From Eledone cirrhosa (taxonomy: Eukaryota), in the NCBI GenBank assembly GCA_964016885.1, contig OZ024742.1:223696001-223760000 (forward strand): 64,000 nt of DNA, in the 5' to 3' direction. Each line of letters begins with the position of its first letter. Within the stretch, counting starts at the first letter, position 1. Both the position numbers and the translations under genes were made by a program. The notes under the pieces were generated by a model. It searched no databases, was not told the DNA's origin, and worked only from the letters and a program-made list of their open reading frames with translations. This document shows, in pieces, positions 1 through 14,250 of this stretch.

Positions 1-250
1 TTTATTCCTGGGAGGGTTGTGGGAGCAAAGTCTTCAGCCACACCTTCTGGAGGGACATATCAAAAGCAACTGTCTCTAAATGATCCAATTGGATCTCCAA
101 GTGATACCAGCCAAGCTCACAGATGTTATCCAACCCTCTTGCTCATGGTCTACCGCTCTGCCAGTAAAATCTGTCCAGTGATTCTTTCCTTAGACATTCT
201 ACAGAGCTGTGATCTTTCAATTTGGAGAAGTAGCAGCTATACATGGAACG
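1..250 (-). mobile_element. Degenerate RTE-type LINE 3' coding fragment
   Basis: Minus strand reads as a broken GR-x-RW-D...LGI...VAxD...WLKTLLPQPS C-terminus. Confidence 0.55.
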
Positions 251-1182
251 ATTCCCTGATCTCTAAGTTACAAACTCTATTTAATAATATTACTCCAAAG
301 ACCCTTCAGAGGAACCCCCATTTTGATCACTTATATTTGAGATTGTTTTCTTTTTCTATGGCCAAGATCCTTGGCCATAGGTAAGGGTAGGTATATAATA
401 AACCATTTCCCAATAAAAATCTCTAATTTCTATAAAACAATCTTCTCCACCAATGATATATCCCCTACCAGCTCCTTCTTTACTTACACTTATAGCCTAC
501 CCAACTAGCATAACTCCACAATATTATGATCCAGGTAATGTTTTAACTTTTAACACTTGATAAAACCACATTAGTAAGACATTCTTTAAAAATATAAAAC
601 AACACTATGACTGTCTCACATTCAAAATTTAAGATTTTGTCTAATACTGCAATTTTTTACAACAGTCTGTCCACTATAAACATTTAAATTAACAAATTTG
701 TATTAACTTTTACCATCCTGTACCACATGAAATTGCATTAGCAAGAGACATTCTTTAAAAGAATAAAACAGTACTGTGACTACATTACATTCAAAATTAA
801 ATTTGTTACTCTAATACTGCAACTTTTCACAATCTGTCCATTAATAAAGATACTATAAACATTTGAATTTACAAACTACATAAAACCATGTTAGCAAGGC
901 ATTTTTAAAAAGTACAAAACAGCACTATGACTGCATTACATTAAATATTAAACATTTTAATTAACACACCCATTTTTAAAAGATTGATATTAGATCTTTT
1001 AGATAAAGACAGTGTTTAAATTAAAACTACAAGACTGGTTCTGGATCTATGATATAAATGTATCATATTTAACCCTTTAAACATTAATCCAGCTGAAACC
1101 ACATCTATTAAAATGTTTAAATTAAAATTAAAATTTGAGACCAAAATCACAATATTACATAGTAGATAATATTAGTTAAATA

Positions 1183-1362
1183 TGTGGATTGGCACTATCA
1201 GTAGAGGGTCGGACGCCATGCTTTCCAGCATAGTTACGTCCCTTTACGATCTGAGTTCAAATCCCGCCGAGGTTGACTTTGCCTTTCATCCTTACGGGGT
1301 CGATAAAATAAAGTACCAGTAATACACTGGGTAATTGCTGGCCTTGTGCCTAAAGTAGAAAT
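1183..1362 (+). mobile_element. tRNA-derived SINE family 1 (copies at 30511-30698, ~10143-10345, ~53565-53778; fragments at 8030, 11672, 35280)
   Basis: B-box GAGTTCAAATCC followed by the central motif GCCTTTCATCCTTACGGGGTCGATAAAATAAAGTACCAG. Confidence 0.85.
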
Positions 1363-3381
1363 AATTAGTTAAATATTTGTATTATTGTTGAATTGAAAGT
1401 TAGTTATTTAACTAAACCTTTCATAATCTTTGGTTATTTTGATAATTAAAGTAAAAAGGTAATATATTCATGTTAGCAATATGATAACAAAGGGGTTAAA
1501 TTGAAGTATTCTTATTCAAATTAAAACTCATCATAATTATTTTTAAGAACCTTTTAAGTTATAATGTAAAAGTTGGCTATTTTACTTAAATACTTCCAAT
1601 ATATCTATTTATTTAGGGTTAAGTGGACTCATCAATTATTTCAAGGGCAAGACTAACTCTCTAGTGTTGGTAATCCTTACAATGAGTGCACTCAGTACAC
1701 TCTGTAAAGTAGTTGGTGATAAGGGAATCCAACCTGACAAACAAAGTGTCAGGAGCACTCATCAGCTGTATCAAAGACCTGACAAGCTTCTTAGTTTAGG
1801 TGCCATGATAAAATGCACCCAGTGCACTCTGTACAGTGCTAGGAAATATGTAAGCGAGATGCAGCCCATTGGCCCATCGGAGAAGTCCATAGTCTTGATT
1901 AAGTACTGACTTGGAATTTGACAACTCAACCAACCATTGCTAGTAGGGAAAATGAATGTTAAATGATTCTTTTTCAGGGCTTCTGGGACTGGAAAGAGGG
2001 AGGAAGAGTGTAGGGTATCCTCAAACCAGAGATCTGGCCTGTTTGCAACAGAGTGGACTCTACTGAATCCTTTTAAGAGCAAGGTGGTGATGTTAAACTG
2101 GGTGAGGAATTAAGTCTGCCATATAAATAGGACACAATGAACCAGAACAAATACTACAAGAAATCCTTTCTTACATGCTCACAATTCTGTCAATCCACTG
2201 CCCTGGATTGGTACTTTAATTTATCCACCCTGAAAAGACAAAAGGATTTGACCTCAAAGAGTAGAGAACAAGGCATTTATCTTACAATCTAATGACTCTA
2301 TCAATCCATTGGCAATCTTGAATATTTTCAAAATTAATTAAAACACGTAAAGAGGCACAGACATGGCTGTGTATGTGTAGCTAGGGAGTTCATTTCACAG
2401 CTATGTAGTTCTGTGTTCATGGTCTGATCTGATGATTGACTCCTTTCCTTTCTTTTCCTCTGCGTCACGCAGTAATACATAGTACCCGACCTCCCATGGG
2501 TACAGGCTGAAGCATATAGACAATATGCCCCCACACCCTCCCACTGCAAGGTGGTCGTGGAGGTGCCATGGCAAAAAAGCACCCAGCCCACACTGTAAAG
2601 TGGACATGTAGGCGCCACGGAAAAAGCACCCAGCACTCACTGTAAATGAGGTTGGTGTTAGGAAGGGCATCCAGCTGTAGAAATCGAGCCAAAATCAGTT
2701 CCTGTATGAGCAAGGCATGGTCAGCCGACCAGACACAGTCAACAGCAGGACAACCCGTCTAACCCATGCTAGCATGGAAGAACGGACGTAAAACAGTGAT
2801 GATGATGATGATGATGATGAGAGATGAAATAGATGTCATTTTAATGGAATCCCTTCATTAGAGGAGGATTATTTGTGTAGAACCATGCAATCACCTAATG
2901 TATATTTCTTGAATCTAGTGAGTCATTTAAAATCTTTCTTGGACCCAGAACCACATAGTATCGAAGCAAGTTTCTTAACTACACAATCCTAATTATATCC
3001 TAATGAAAAATATTGAGGAATATTTTAGTCTTTTCATTTTCATATTTTGATTTCTATTAATACTGTTTCTCTTCAAGTGAAGGCAAGTGACCTAGTGGTT
3101 AGGGTTTTGGACACATGATAAGGGTCATGGATTTGATTCCTGGACTGGGTGGCATTTATGTTCTTGAGCAAAATACTTCATTTCATTCATGTTGCTTCTT
3201 CTGCCAGGTGTTGTGACTGGCAGATAAATATCAACAATGGAAATACCAATAGAAACATTTTTTTCATGGTTCAATCATGGCTCCTTTTGTTTCACTTTGA
3301 AATTTCTAGTATTTATTTTTTTCCAATACATTAACAGTTACTTGGAGTATTCTAATATCTTTTCCTTTCTATTTTTAACAG

Positions 3382-3644
3382 CCTCTTACTTTATGAATCA
3401 TTGGTACTCTCAAGCAACCCAACCACCCAAAGTTGGTAATATTCCAGCACCCATTCAAATAGATACAATTAATGACACTCAGGTGATCAAAGATGGTTTA
3501 ACATGGCCAGGCTGGGAAATAGTGATGCCGAACGAATATTCCAATGTGACTGATATATCAAAGAATTTAAACAAAACATATGGAACGACACAGCCTAAAA
3601 GGTTGCAGTTAAAAGACAGTCAAACACAAAAGATATTATATAAA
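3382..3644 (+). CDS. Gene A, first visible internal exon (ASYFMNHWYSQ...DGLTWPGWEIVMPNEY...KILYK); upstream exons probably outside the window
   Basis: Polypyrimidine acceptor tttttaacag at 3381, open frame (inside ORF 3237-3704), donor GTAAAA at 3645. Phase 1 to 0 fits exon 9390. Confidence 0.7.
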
Positions 3645-6618
3645 GTAAAATGCTTTCATAATTTTTTGTTTTCTATAATTTGGTACAGTCATGCTGCTAA
3701 CTAAAACACACACCAATTTAGTTTTCACTTAGATTTTATAACCTTTTTGATACCAAACTGCTTGAAACTGCTCCTGGTTCTACGATACAAAACTGTTTGC
3801 TTTAAAGTATTTATAACTATTTATTTATCTAAAAATCTTTCATCATAATTTTATGTAAAAACTTTTAGGTTGTATTCCAAATAGCAGCTAAATAATGAAA
3901 AAGTTAATCATATTACTAAATCTAACCAAATTCATTATTTTCAAAATTATTTGAAAGTTATAAGCAGAAATATGGTAATGAATGGGTCCATCAGGTAATT
4001 AATCTATCATTGTTTGTAATCTTATTGATATATGCATATATATGCACACATGTGCACACCACACTTTGCAGACTGGCAAAAAAAGATGGTGTAAAGTTGA
4101 AGTAAGTAAAAACAGAGAAGAGACACATATGTCAAAAGTCATTGATAAGGTCACAAACTGTGACAATTAATTAATTTGCTGATTAGGTGATTGACCAACT
4201 GACTGATGGATTAATTAACTAACTAATTATATAATCTGTGTGTGTGTGTGTTAATTAGCAGCATGACCCTCCCCAAATGCCACAATATTTGTTTTAACAC
4301 ACAATTTCACCACAAGAATCTTGCAAAACAAATACAAAAATGAAACAAACGTTTTCTTTTAATACTGGTTTTGGTTATTGAACATTGAAGAATTTTAGTA
4401 AATTACATGTATTAATCTTTAAGGTGGTAAATTATAAGAGTCATTAGAGCATTAGATTAAATACCTCACAATACCTGATTTGCTTTCATCTTTTTGGGGT
4501 CAATAAATAAAGTACCAAACTTGAGTAAAGGATTAACAGGTTGTCGTGACCTTTGCCTTTCTCTTGGACAACATCATATGTAGTGTATATATAGTGTTGG
4601 TGATCTACACAATAAAAGTACCCAGTACAGGTTGTAAATTGATTGGTGTTAGGAAGGGCATCCAGCCATAGAAAGTTTGCTAAATAAAAAGTTTGTGAGG
4701 ACCTTCTAGTTGTGTCAAAGACATGACAACTTCTTTAGTGCTAGTGCCATAATAAAATGCACTTGGTAGAACATAGAACCATATGTAAGTGAGATGTGAA
4801 CCTCCAGCCTGTCTGAGAGGTCAATGGCCCTGCTTCAGTCCAGACACGGTTTGTGAGGACCCATCTAACCCTTGCAAGCAGAGAAAGTCGATGTTAAATG
4901 ATGATGATAATGATATACATACATATATCATCATCATCATCATTATTTAACGTCCATTTTCCTTGCTAGCAAGGGCTGGATGGGTCTTCACAAACCGAGT
5001 TGATACTCATATGGGGCTACTGACCTCTCAAATAGGCCAAGAGCTTGCATTTCACTTACACATGACCCGACACTCTACCAAGTGCATTTATTGTGACATG
5101 GGCATTATAGAGATTTTCCTGTTTTTTACACAACTGGAGGGTCTTCCAACCTTTTGTTTGGCAAGCTTTCTACAGCTTCCTAAGATCAATCATTTTACAG
5201 AGTTCACATGATGTGTTTATTGTGTAGATCACCAATATTAGGGAAATTATCATATATTTGATACAACTGAAGGGTCCTCCCAATCCTTTGTTTGGCATAA
5301 TTGAAGGGTCTTCTCAACTCTTTGTTTGGCAAAATTTCTACAGTTTCTTAGCATTTGACCCTTTTTGGCAGAGTTTTTACAGTGGGATGCCCTTCCTATC
5401 ATCAACCACTTTACAGAGTGTTTTGGGTACATCTTTGTGGCCCCAGCAGTAGAGAGGTTTGTTGGTTATTGTTTCAAGCCATTTGGGTTTGCTTTTATCT
5501 ATTTTTGTTTAGTAGAACTCCTGTTTATAGTTTATATGTAAGCTTTTTCTGTAATATGTTGGGGTGATGGGTTGTTTCATATTGTTTAAAAAAGTCTTAT
5601 TCAGGAATTTAATTGCTGAGTATGTAGCTTTACTTCATTCCTTCGTTCAGGTTTATCAACTCATTAAGTGGGGTAGGATTTAAATTAGGCTAATGGGTGA
5701 TTACAGAATTTTGGTTTGGTTGGTTCACATATTGGTAGTTGAGTGTGTGGTTTATTTCAGTGGGTCACATTTACTAGAAGTATATAGTTGAAGAGGATTT
5801 CTGGTGGTTTATACTGATTATGTGTTAGTGTAATGCAAATTATGTAATGAGGTAGTTGTCACTACATAATGTGATAGCAGCAACTGCCTGATGATGTCTA
5901 TCATTTCCATACCAGTAATTCATACAGGATAGTTGTTGTTTTGCTGGAAGGTTATATAGTTATATATGTGTGTGTGTGTGTGTGTATAATATATATTTAT
6001 ATATATATATAATATAGGAGTACGGTGTACAGACTTATGTGCATGTGTGGGCTCCTGTATCTGTGTGTATGTATGGATATATACATGTCTGTGTGCATCT
6101 GTACGTCTATGCCTGCCAGTCTATGTCAGTCGAATTTCTACATCTTACAATTATGTTTTTATTATTATCCGTCCAAACCCATGCAAGCGTGGAAGATGGA
6201 CGTTAAACGATGATGATGATAATGATGATGATGATGATGATTTCTTCCTATCAATATTATCCACACCCACAACCAGGCAATTCCCTTTTTTTAATTCTTT
6301 AACAAAAACTTGAACTGTCCTTACTGACATGATAATCTAACACCGGGCCGTCCAAACATGACCCACCCCACAAACCCCTGCACATAGGGCCAGTCCTTGC
6401 TTCCTGTTTACACCAAAGCAAGTTTTTGACTGACCAATACACATTCCAAAACGCGCCAACATGTGCACGCACACACACAAATCCTTAATTCCTTGAGCAC
6501 TCATGCAAACACACACATGAATATTGGTAAATGCACACCCGCATTGCTGCACCACCAATTACACCAAAATACACCTCATATGCCCAGACACAAAAAGAAC
6601 AGGCTGATGCCTATATAT

Positions 6619-7836
6619 CATCATCATCATCATCATCATCGTTTAACGTCCATCTTCCACGCTAGCATGGGTTTGGACGGGAATTTTACCACTTGAGGCA
6701 AGATTGGTTGTCTTGCTCGTATAGGACTGTCTGGCGGGTTTACTACGGCTGGATGCCCTTCCTAACACCAACCACGTTTACAGTGTGAACTGGGAGGTTT
6801 TTACCGTGTTACCTACACAGCCACATTACAGCGTGGACTGTGTGTTTTTTTGTCATGACACCTACACGCCCTCATTTGTTTCGGACTGGATGTTGTGGTA
6901 CCAACATAACTTTACAGAGAAAAGGGTGGTGTGATGGGGTGGGGGTAGTGGGACGGGGGGGTTGTTAAGAGGTGCCTACTGACTGTAGGTTTCGCTTTGT
7001 ACTTAGGCAAGGTGGGTCTTCTGTATTACTGTGTAGCGCCAAAGATCTTGGTCCAGTGACATCGTCTTGGAGAGGTGTAAGTGTGTGAGGTCGGAATTTA
7101 TCAAGTCATCCCAGGTTTTTCTCAGTCTGCCTACTCCGTGGCTACCGTCTATTTTTATCGCCCTGCACTTTTTTATACAGCTGTCATCTTTCATGCGCAT
7201 CACGTGACCATACCAACGTAGTCTTCTCTTGAGTAAACAACATCTGATCCCTCTTATTCCTAATTTCTCCCTTAGTTCGTTTATGCTTTGCCGTTCACGT
7301 ATATTACTATTACACATCCAGTGGAGCATGCACGCTTCATTCCTCTCCAGTCTGTGTATATCCTCTGCACACAATGCCCAGGTTTCACTGCCATGCAACA
7401 TTGCTGTTCGTATGCAGGCATCATACAGCCTGCCTTTCATTTTTAGAGAGAACCCTTTAGCGGCCAATAGTGGTATAAGCTCTCTGAACTTTTTCCATCC
7501 AGTTCTGACTCTAGCTAGTGTACTTTCAGAGTACCCTCCCCCACTGCTGATTTTGTCACCCAGGTAACAGAAGGTGTCCACTATTTCTATAGAACCATCT
7601 GTGCAATGGAATGAGTTAGTATTCTGTGGGCACTTGCTGCTACTTATTGCACCAGAGCACCGGCCACATATAAAATCTATATTCTTAGTTAGCTTACCTG
7701 TGATCCCACTACATCTTTTATGCACCCATACTTTGCATTTGGGACATAAAATGGAGTTTCTGCCTACTCCTTTCCTACACACTGAGCATGGCCATTTTCC
7801 AGATGGGACCGGTGTCCTATTTTCCTTCCTACAAAC
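6619..7836 (-). mobile_element. 5'-truncated copy of the same RTE LINE (PHD-like finger, C-terminus, 3'UTR, (GAT)n tail)
   Basis: ORF 7003-7872 closely matches the C-terminal ~280 aa of the full ORF. The 5' end abuts (TA)n. Confidence 0.93.
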
Positions 7837-8777
7837 TATATATATATATATACATACCTTCTCAGCCCACATACCACAACAAAAATATATCTTTTGTCAC
7901 ATCACCAGTTTGAGGAGTAGATCGATGCTAGAGCCGAGTCCATAACTCCTATGGGTCACCTTGAACCAATCCTCTGTGAAACACATGTAACAGGTCGATA
8001 TGCAATAAATATTTTTATATGTAAATGAAACTTCCTCGTTTTCTTCGATGTGGTCGATAAAATAAAGCACCAGTAATACACTGAGTAAAATCTGGCCTTG
8101 TGCCAAAAGTAGAAACAATTATATATATATATATGTATATAATAATATAAATATGAAGGCGTGTGGCTGAGCGGTTAGAGAATTGGATTCGCAATCGAAA
8201 GTTTGTGAGTTCAATTCCTGGACCAGGCGATGCGTTATGTCCTTGAGCAAGACACTTTATTTCACGTTGCTCCTTCTACCTGGAGTTGCGACTGATAGAT
8301 AGTACTAGCAATTGGAAAGACCAACGGAAACATTGTTTCCTCGGTCCGATTTGACGAAAGTCGATCGTTCCTTTTATGTATATAATAGAAGAAAACGAGC
8401 AAATTTTGTTTATATATATCATCATCATCATCATCATCGTTTAACGTCCATCTTCCACGCTTGCGTGTGTGTGTATGTATATATATATATGATTAGGAGA
8501 TGAAGCAAGTCAAATAGAACAGACATAACTTCAGCCGTTATTTATATATATTGTTGACATAAGAAGCATTGAGAAAATTTGAAATTTTGAAAAAAGTGGA
8601 CAGAGGTGACTCTGTTCATTATTTTTTGTCAATAAGATTATTTTATCTGTTTCTTTTTCAACTATTATTTATAGTGATCATTTATTACTATAATCCTCTC
8701 TACTGGGACAACAGCATTTCTAGTTGCATATATAATATATGTTTGACCTATCATCAATGATGACAGATCATACATAC

Positions 8778-9138
8778 ATCATCATCATCATCATCATCAT
8801 CGTTTAACGTCCCTGTTCCACGCTTGCATGGGTTTGGACGGGGGTTTTCCCACTTGAGGCAAGAGTGGTCGTCTTGCTCGCATAGGACTGTCTGGCGGGT
8901 TTTCTACAGTTGGATGCCCTTCCTAACACCAACCACATTTACAGTGTGGGGCTGGGAGGTTTTTACCGTGTTGCCTACACGGCCACATTACAGCGTGGAC
9001 TGTCTGGCGGGTTTTCTACAGCTGGATGCCCTTCCTAACACCAACCACATTTACAGTGTGGGACTGGGAGGTTTTTACCGTGTTGCCTACACGGTCACAT
9101 TACAGCGTGAACTGTGTGTTTTTTTGTCGTGACACCTA
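8778..9138 (-). mobile_element. RTE 3'UTR-only copy carrying the 112-bp internal duplication
   Basis: Near-identical to 31398-31740. Confidence 0.9.
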
Positions 9139-9389
9139 CAGTTTCTAATAATGCAAAATACATTCCTTTGTCAACAATGACTATGGAACTGATATTTTTT
9201 TAATATCCAGCCAATACCATGTATCAAAACATATATGAGCATATGTATATGTGTATACATGGGTGTACATGTATGTATATGTGTAGGAGTGGGTGTACAT
9301 GCATGCAAATAATACAAATAAATGCACATATTTGCAGGCATAGACTTTAATATTTATTCTAATCATGATGGTGTTATTTTTTTTTTAAG

Positions 9390-9513
9390 CTAAGAGCTGC
9401 CTTAAAACAGAGTGCTACTAAAATAGCTTTGGAAAAATGGTTTGAAAAAGTTGGTTCCTCCAACAACTTTGCCTTCTTTATGAAATGGATCAACAATTTT
9501 GAAAATCCACAGT
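9390..9513 (+). CDS. Gene A exon (LRAALKQSATKIALEKWFEKVGSSNNFAFFMKWINNFENPQ)
   Basis: ttttttaag acceptor, GTAAGT donor, 124 bp open frame, phase 0 to 1. Not in the ORF track. Confidence 0.85.
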
Positions 9514-11282
9514 GTAAGTTTTTCAATACTGTAACTCTTTTATTTCATATGTCATTTCACTAAAGATCATCATCATCATCAACAACATCGCCATTATAAT
9601 CCTCCTCCACATCATCATCATCATCATCATAATAATAATAATAATAATATTAATGATTTCTAGGTTAGACATAAGACCAACAATTTGTAGGGATGAGGAA
9701 AATTGATTTAAATCAACTTTCGTGGGTATGTAAAGAACAGGAACAAATGCTACAAAGCTTTTTATCCAACACTCTACTCATCAAGATCATGGTGATCATT
9801 ATTATAATCATTATCAACATCACTATCAACATCATCACCATCATCATTATTATCATGATATTGGTGATCATCAGCATGAGTTGGATAAGTTAACCAAGTC
9901 AGTACTTACTCAGAAATACAGTATTTTTTTACTTATATTTTTTTCCTAGCTAGCTGACAATTAACTACTCATGTTTTTTCTCTCTCCCTTTTCCTTCTTT
10001 TCTCTTATCTGTCTTCCTGTTCTGCCTTCTACCAAACCTCCTTTCTTCCCTTCTCTCTGTATCTACCTGCCAATGAAGGAATAGTGTCTGAAACATTAAG
10101 AGTCCTTTCTAACTTCTTATAAGTGTTTTTCTAATATAATGAAGGTGGTGGATTGGCAGAATTATTAAAGAATTGTACAATATGCTTTGTGGTATTCATT
10201 CTGACTTTTTATATTCTGAGTTCAAATTCTGCCAAAATCAATTTTATCTTTCAACCTTTTAGGATTGATAAAATAAGAATCAGTCATGTACTTTAATGAA
10301 CTTTCCACTACCTCCAAATTGCTGGCATTATGCCTAAATTACAACTATTATACTAATCATTAACATCAACATCACTATTTTACATCTATTTTCTATGCAT
10401 GGATCAAACTGGTTGTTATGTTCTAAGACAAGACAGATCAGCTGACCACGTCTTGTTCATACATTCCATTTGGGGATAGTTTCTATGGTTAAATGCCCTC
10501 CCTAATGTCAAATACTTTACAGTATGTACTGGGTGTATTTCATCATGGTACCACCATTACCACCTTACAGACTGGCCTGAATGTTTTTCATTATGACACC
10601 AGTACTGTCATCTTATAGTGTGGACTGATGCATTTTATTATGGCACCAGCATCACCACCTTACAGTGTAGACTAAGTGCATTTTATTGTGGCATTAGTAC
10701 AAAGACTTTATAAAGTGTAATAAGTGCATTTTATTGTGGTATCAGCACTACCACATTACAGTATGCCTTTTATTTTGACACCAGTACATTTTACAGGGTG
10801 GGCTGGATGCTTATTACTGTGGCACCAGCACTACCGCTTTACAGAGTGGACTAGGTGCTTATTATCATGACACCAACACTGCCCACTTACAGTGTGGACT
10901 GGGTGAACTTTATCTTGGCACCAGCACTACTGTTGTTTTAATGATTTTGACTTAACTTTAAATGTATATTATATTTTAGCTCAATGGCCTCATCAAAAAA
11001 AGAACTGGTTAGAGATCAACACCCCAACACATCAAAACAACTATTACATCCCACCACTCTACTCAGATCCCTTCCAGGCATATTACCAAATGAATGGTCA
11101 GCTATCTATGCCAACTACAAACGACCATTATATGAACTGGTTGACTGAAACAATAAATCCTTATATGAGTAAGTAAAGTCATGTTTCTCATCTTTACTTC
11201 AACAATTATGGCAACAAATTGACAGAATCAATAGAGCATCAGACCAAGTGTTTTGTGGTATTAGTTTTGGCTCTGTTTGCTC

Positions 11283-11600
11283 TATCATGGTACCAGCACT
11301 ACCACTTTACAGGGTGTATGGGGTGCATTTTATCATGGCACTAACACTACCACTTTACAGCATGGACTGGGTGCATTTTATCTTGGTACTGGTTCTACCA
11401 CTTTACAGGGTGTACTGGGTGCATTTTGTCATGGCACTAGTACTACCACTTTACAGCATGGACTGGGTGCATTTTATCTTGGTACTGACTCTACCACTTT
11501 ACAGGATGTACTGGGTGCATTTTATCATGTCAACAGCACTATGACTTTACAGGATGTACTGGGTACATTTTATCATAGCACAAACACTTCCACTTTACAA
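11283..11600. repeat. ~7 diverged 48-bp units of the same family (older array at ~10510-10930)
   Basis: ccactttacag...ctgggtgcatttt periodicity and 16-aa repeats in the spurious ORFs. Confidence 0.9.
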
Positions 11601-11810
11601 CAGTGAAGGTTGGAAAAAGATTAAAACATGGCACAAGTTACACTGTTGCATGGGTTTTGTTTTCTTAATTAATTGTTTCTACTTTTGGCACAAGGCCAGC
11701 AATTACTGGTACTTTATTTTATCGACCCCGTAAGGCAAAGTTAACCTCGGTGGGATTTTCTTAATTAATATAATCCAAATACAAGTTAACTTTACTGTTT
11801 GTCATTTCAG

Positions 11811-11975
11811 ATTATGATTTCACCTTCCCATATATGTACCAATCTTTGAACAAACCTTATTTCCAACAAGAGATGTTACCTTTCCAGCCTTATTACCCAA
11901 ACAAAATGCCTGAGATTGTCAATCCTATATCTCCATTAGATAATAAACCAGCTCTTATAGTAGATCGGGGTTTAA
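11811..11975 (+). CDS. Gene A exon (YYDFTFPYMYQSLNKPYFQQEMLPFQPYYP...IVDRGL)
   Basis: tttcag acceptor, GTAAGT donor at 11976, only phase 1 is open, symmetric 165 bp. Confidence 0.88.
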
Positions 11976-12004
11976 GTAAGTTAAATCAATTGTTCTACTT
12001 TAAT

Positions 12005-12315
12005 CGTCATCATCTTCATTGTCTTGTCGTCATTAATATCATCACCAGCATCAACAGCATCATCATCATCATCATCATCATCATCTTCATCACCATCATC
12101 ATCACCACCACCACTACTACCATCATCATTGCAGTCATTGCCATTGTCATCATTATCATCAACATCATAATCATCATCATTGTCAACATTATCATCTTCA
12201 TCATCTTTTTCATCATCGTCATCATCATCACAATCATCCTTACCTTCATCATCATTGTCATCGCCATTATCATCACCATTATCATCACCATTATCATCAA
12301 CATCATCATCATCAG
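12005..12315. repeat. Imperfect (CAT)n trinucleotide tract
   Basis: ~310 bp of CAT/CAC/TAT triplets. Confidence 0.95.
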
Positions 12316-13469
12316 AGTCATATGTTCTATGCTAACATTGGCTGGACAGGCTGTTACAGACCAAGTTGGTGCTAACTTAATTCTTCTTGATGGGCCAGTT
12401 GATCAATATTTCACTCAATATTTTCCAATTTTAGCATGGCTTCACAGGCTAGATGACCTTAATAATGGCAACCATCTTATAGAATGTACTGAATGCATTT
12501 TATTGTGGCACCAACACTAAGGATGCTGTAATGTTCTTGATGTGACTGGAGAGTCCTTTCAATCCATTTTGGCATTGTTTCTACAGCTGGATGACCTTCC
12601 TATCTCTAACTACTTTACAGACTGTACTGTATGCAATTTATCATAGGACCAGCACTAACACTTTACAGAGTGGATTGGGCACATTTTATTTATCTGAAAA
12701 TCTTCCATCATAATTTTATGTATGAACCTCTTTAAATTATGTTCCATACACCAACCTAATAATGAGAAAATTAATTATATTATTAAATTATTCCAAATTA
12801 TTTATTTTGAAAATTATATGAAGATAATAGGTACTTTCATTAGAATTATTATTTTTTTATTTTATGTCTTTATGGAAAGGGGTATGTAAGTATGTGTATG
12901 TGTCTAATTTTTTAAAAACCTATACTGAATGAAAAAAAGTTGTTTATCTTATAAATGAGTAAAATATTCAATTTTTGGTAGTTTCAGTCATTTGTTAAAC
13001 TTATTTGATTTATATGTAATTAACTACAGTATATATAATTTGTGTACATATATCATCGTCTTTGTTTTTACATCACCTTTCCCATGCTGGCATGGGCTGG
13101 ATGGGACATTTTATACAGCTACAGTTGCTGTGCCGACTTTTTTTTCAGTAAAATGACTATTTTTTTAAACAAACATTTATTAACAACACATATCTGAATG
13201 ATTGACAAACGTCACATCAATAAACTAGTAACCCCATCTAGCTTTGAAGTTATGAACTGTTGGAAAAGAGTTCATAACTTTGAAGTTATAAACTTTTGGA
13301 AAAGAGTTCAAACATGTTAGAACGAGTTTTCTTGTCTACGGCACTGAAGAGGTTAAACTGTTGAATTTTCATGGAACTAATTTTCATGGCAATGATTAAA
13401 ATATGTTTTTGTTGATATTATTGTTTTTTCTTAATTTTTGACTTATCAGCTTCCATTTATATATTTTAG

Positions 13470-13596
13470 ATATCACGGTGATATTTGATGTCAGGGAATT
13501 TAATGTTTCCATATGTAAGGCCACAGTATCAATGCCATATTCACCAACTCTTAAAAACCTTCTGAGAAAAGCCAAAGCTAAAAATGATTGTTTCAA
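13470..13596 (+). CDS. Gene A exon, start of DUF4430/transcobalamin-beta-like domain (NITVIFDVREFNVSICKATVSMPYSPTLKNLLRKAKAKNDCFK)
   Basis: ttttag acceptor, GTAAGT donor, phase 1 to 2. Pattern ITVxxxV...TVxxxxxxTLxxLLxxA...F resembles the beta-domain N-half. Confidence 0.88.
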
Positions 13597-13629
13597 GTAA
13601 GTTCAGATAAGTTAGTTAACTATTAACAC

Positions 13630-14250
13630 ACTGCACCACATGAAACTGCATTAGCAGTACAAAATAGCACCATGACTGCATAACAATAAACATGAAAGCC
13701 TTTACTCTAATACTGTAAATTTTCACAACACTAGTAAAGATAATATAAATATTTGAATTAACAGACCACATGAAACCACATTAGTAAGGCATTCTTGAAA
13801 AGTACGAAACAGCGCTATGACTGTATCATATTAGAAATTAAAGTGTTTTCTTTTGTTTACTGCTAATTTTCACAACAATCTGTCCACTAATAAAGATACT
13901 CTAAACATTTGAATTAACAAACACATTTTTAATATTTAACATCCTGTACCACATGCAAATATATTAGCAAAATGTTCTTGAAAAAGTACAAAACAGTACT
14001 ATGACTGCATCACATTAAAAATTAAAGTATTTACTTTAATACTGCAAATGTTCCCAACAATCTCTCCACTAATAAAGATACTATAAGCATTTGAATTAAC
14101 AAACCATATAAAATCACATTAGCAAGAAATTTTTGAAAACATCACTATGACTACATCTCATTAAAGATTGAAGTCTTTATTCTAATACTACAAATTTTCT
14201 CAATGATCTATCTACTAGTAAAGATATTACAAGCATTGGAATTAAGAAAG
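13630..14250. repeat. Tandem ~135-180-bp AT-rich minisatellite, ~4 units (also 560-960; reverse fragments near 38340, 38600, 62870)
   Basis: Recurring acattag(t/c)aag...aaaacag.actatgactg...ctaatactgc...gtccactaataaagatact. Confidence 0.82.

Noticed and set aside
19-384. 121-aa ORF with a GTAAGG donor at 381, as an exon of gene A
   Set aside because: It is antisense to a decayed LINE end, and its phase (2) does not match the phase-1 acceptor at 3382.
12016-12321. Met-rich ORF, superficially reflectin-like
   Set aside because: It is the antisense of a (CAT)n microsatellite and lacks reflectin M/FD(X)5 motifs and Tyr/Arg/Pro content.
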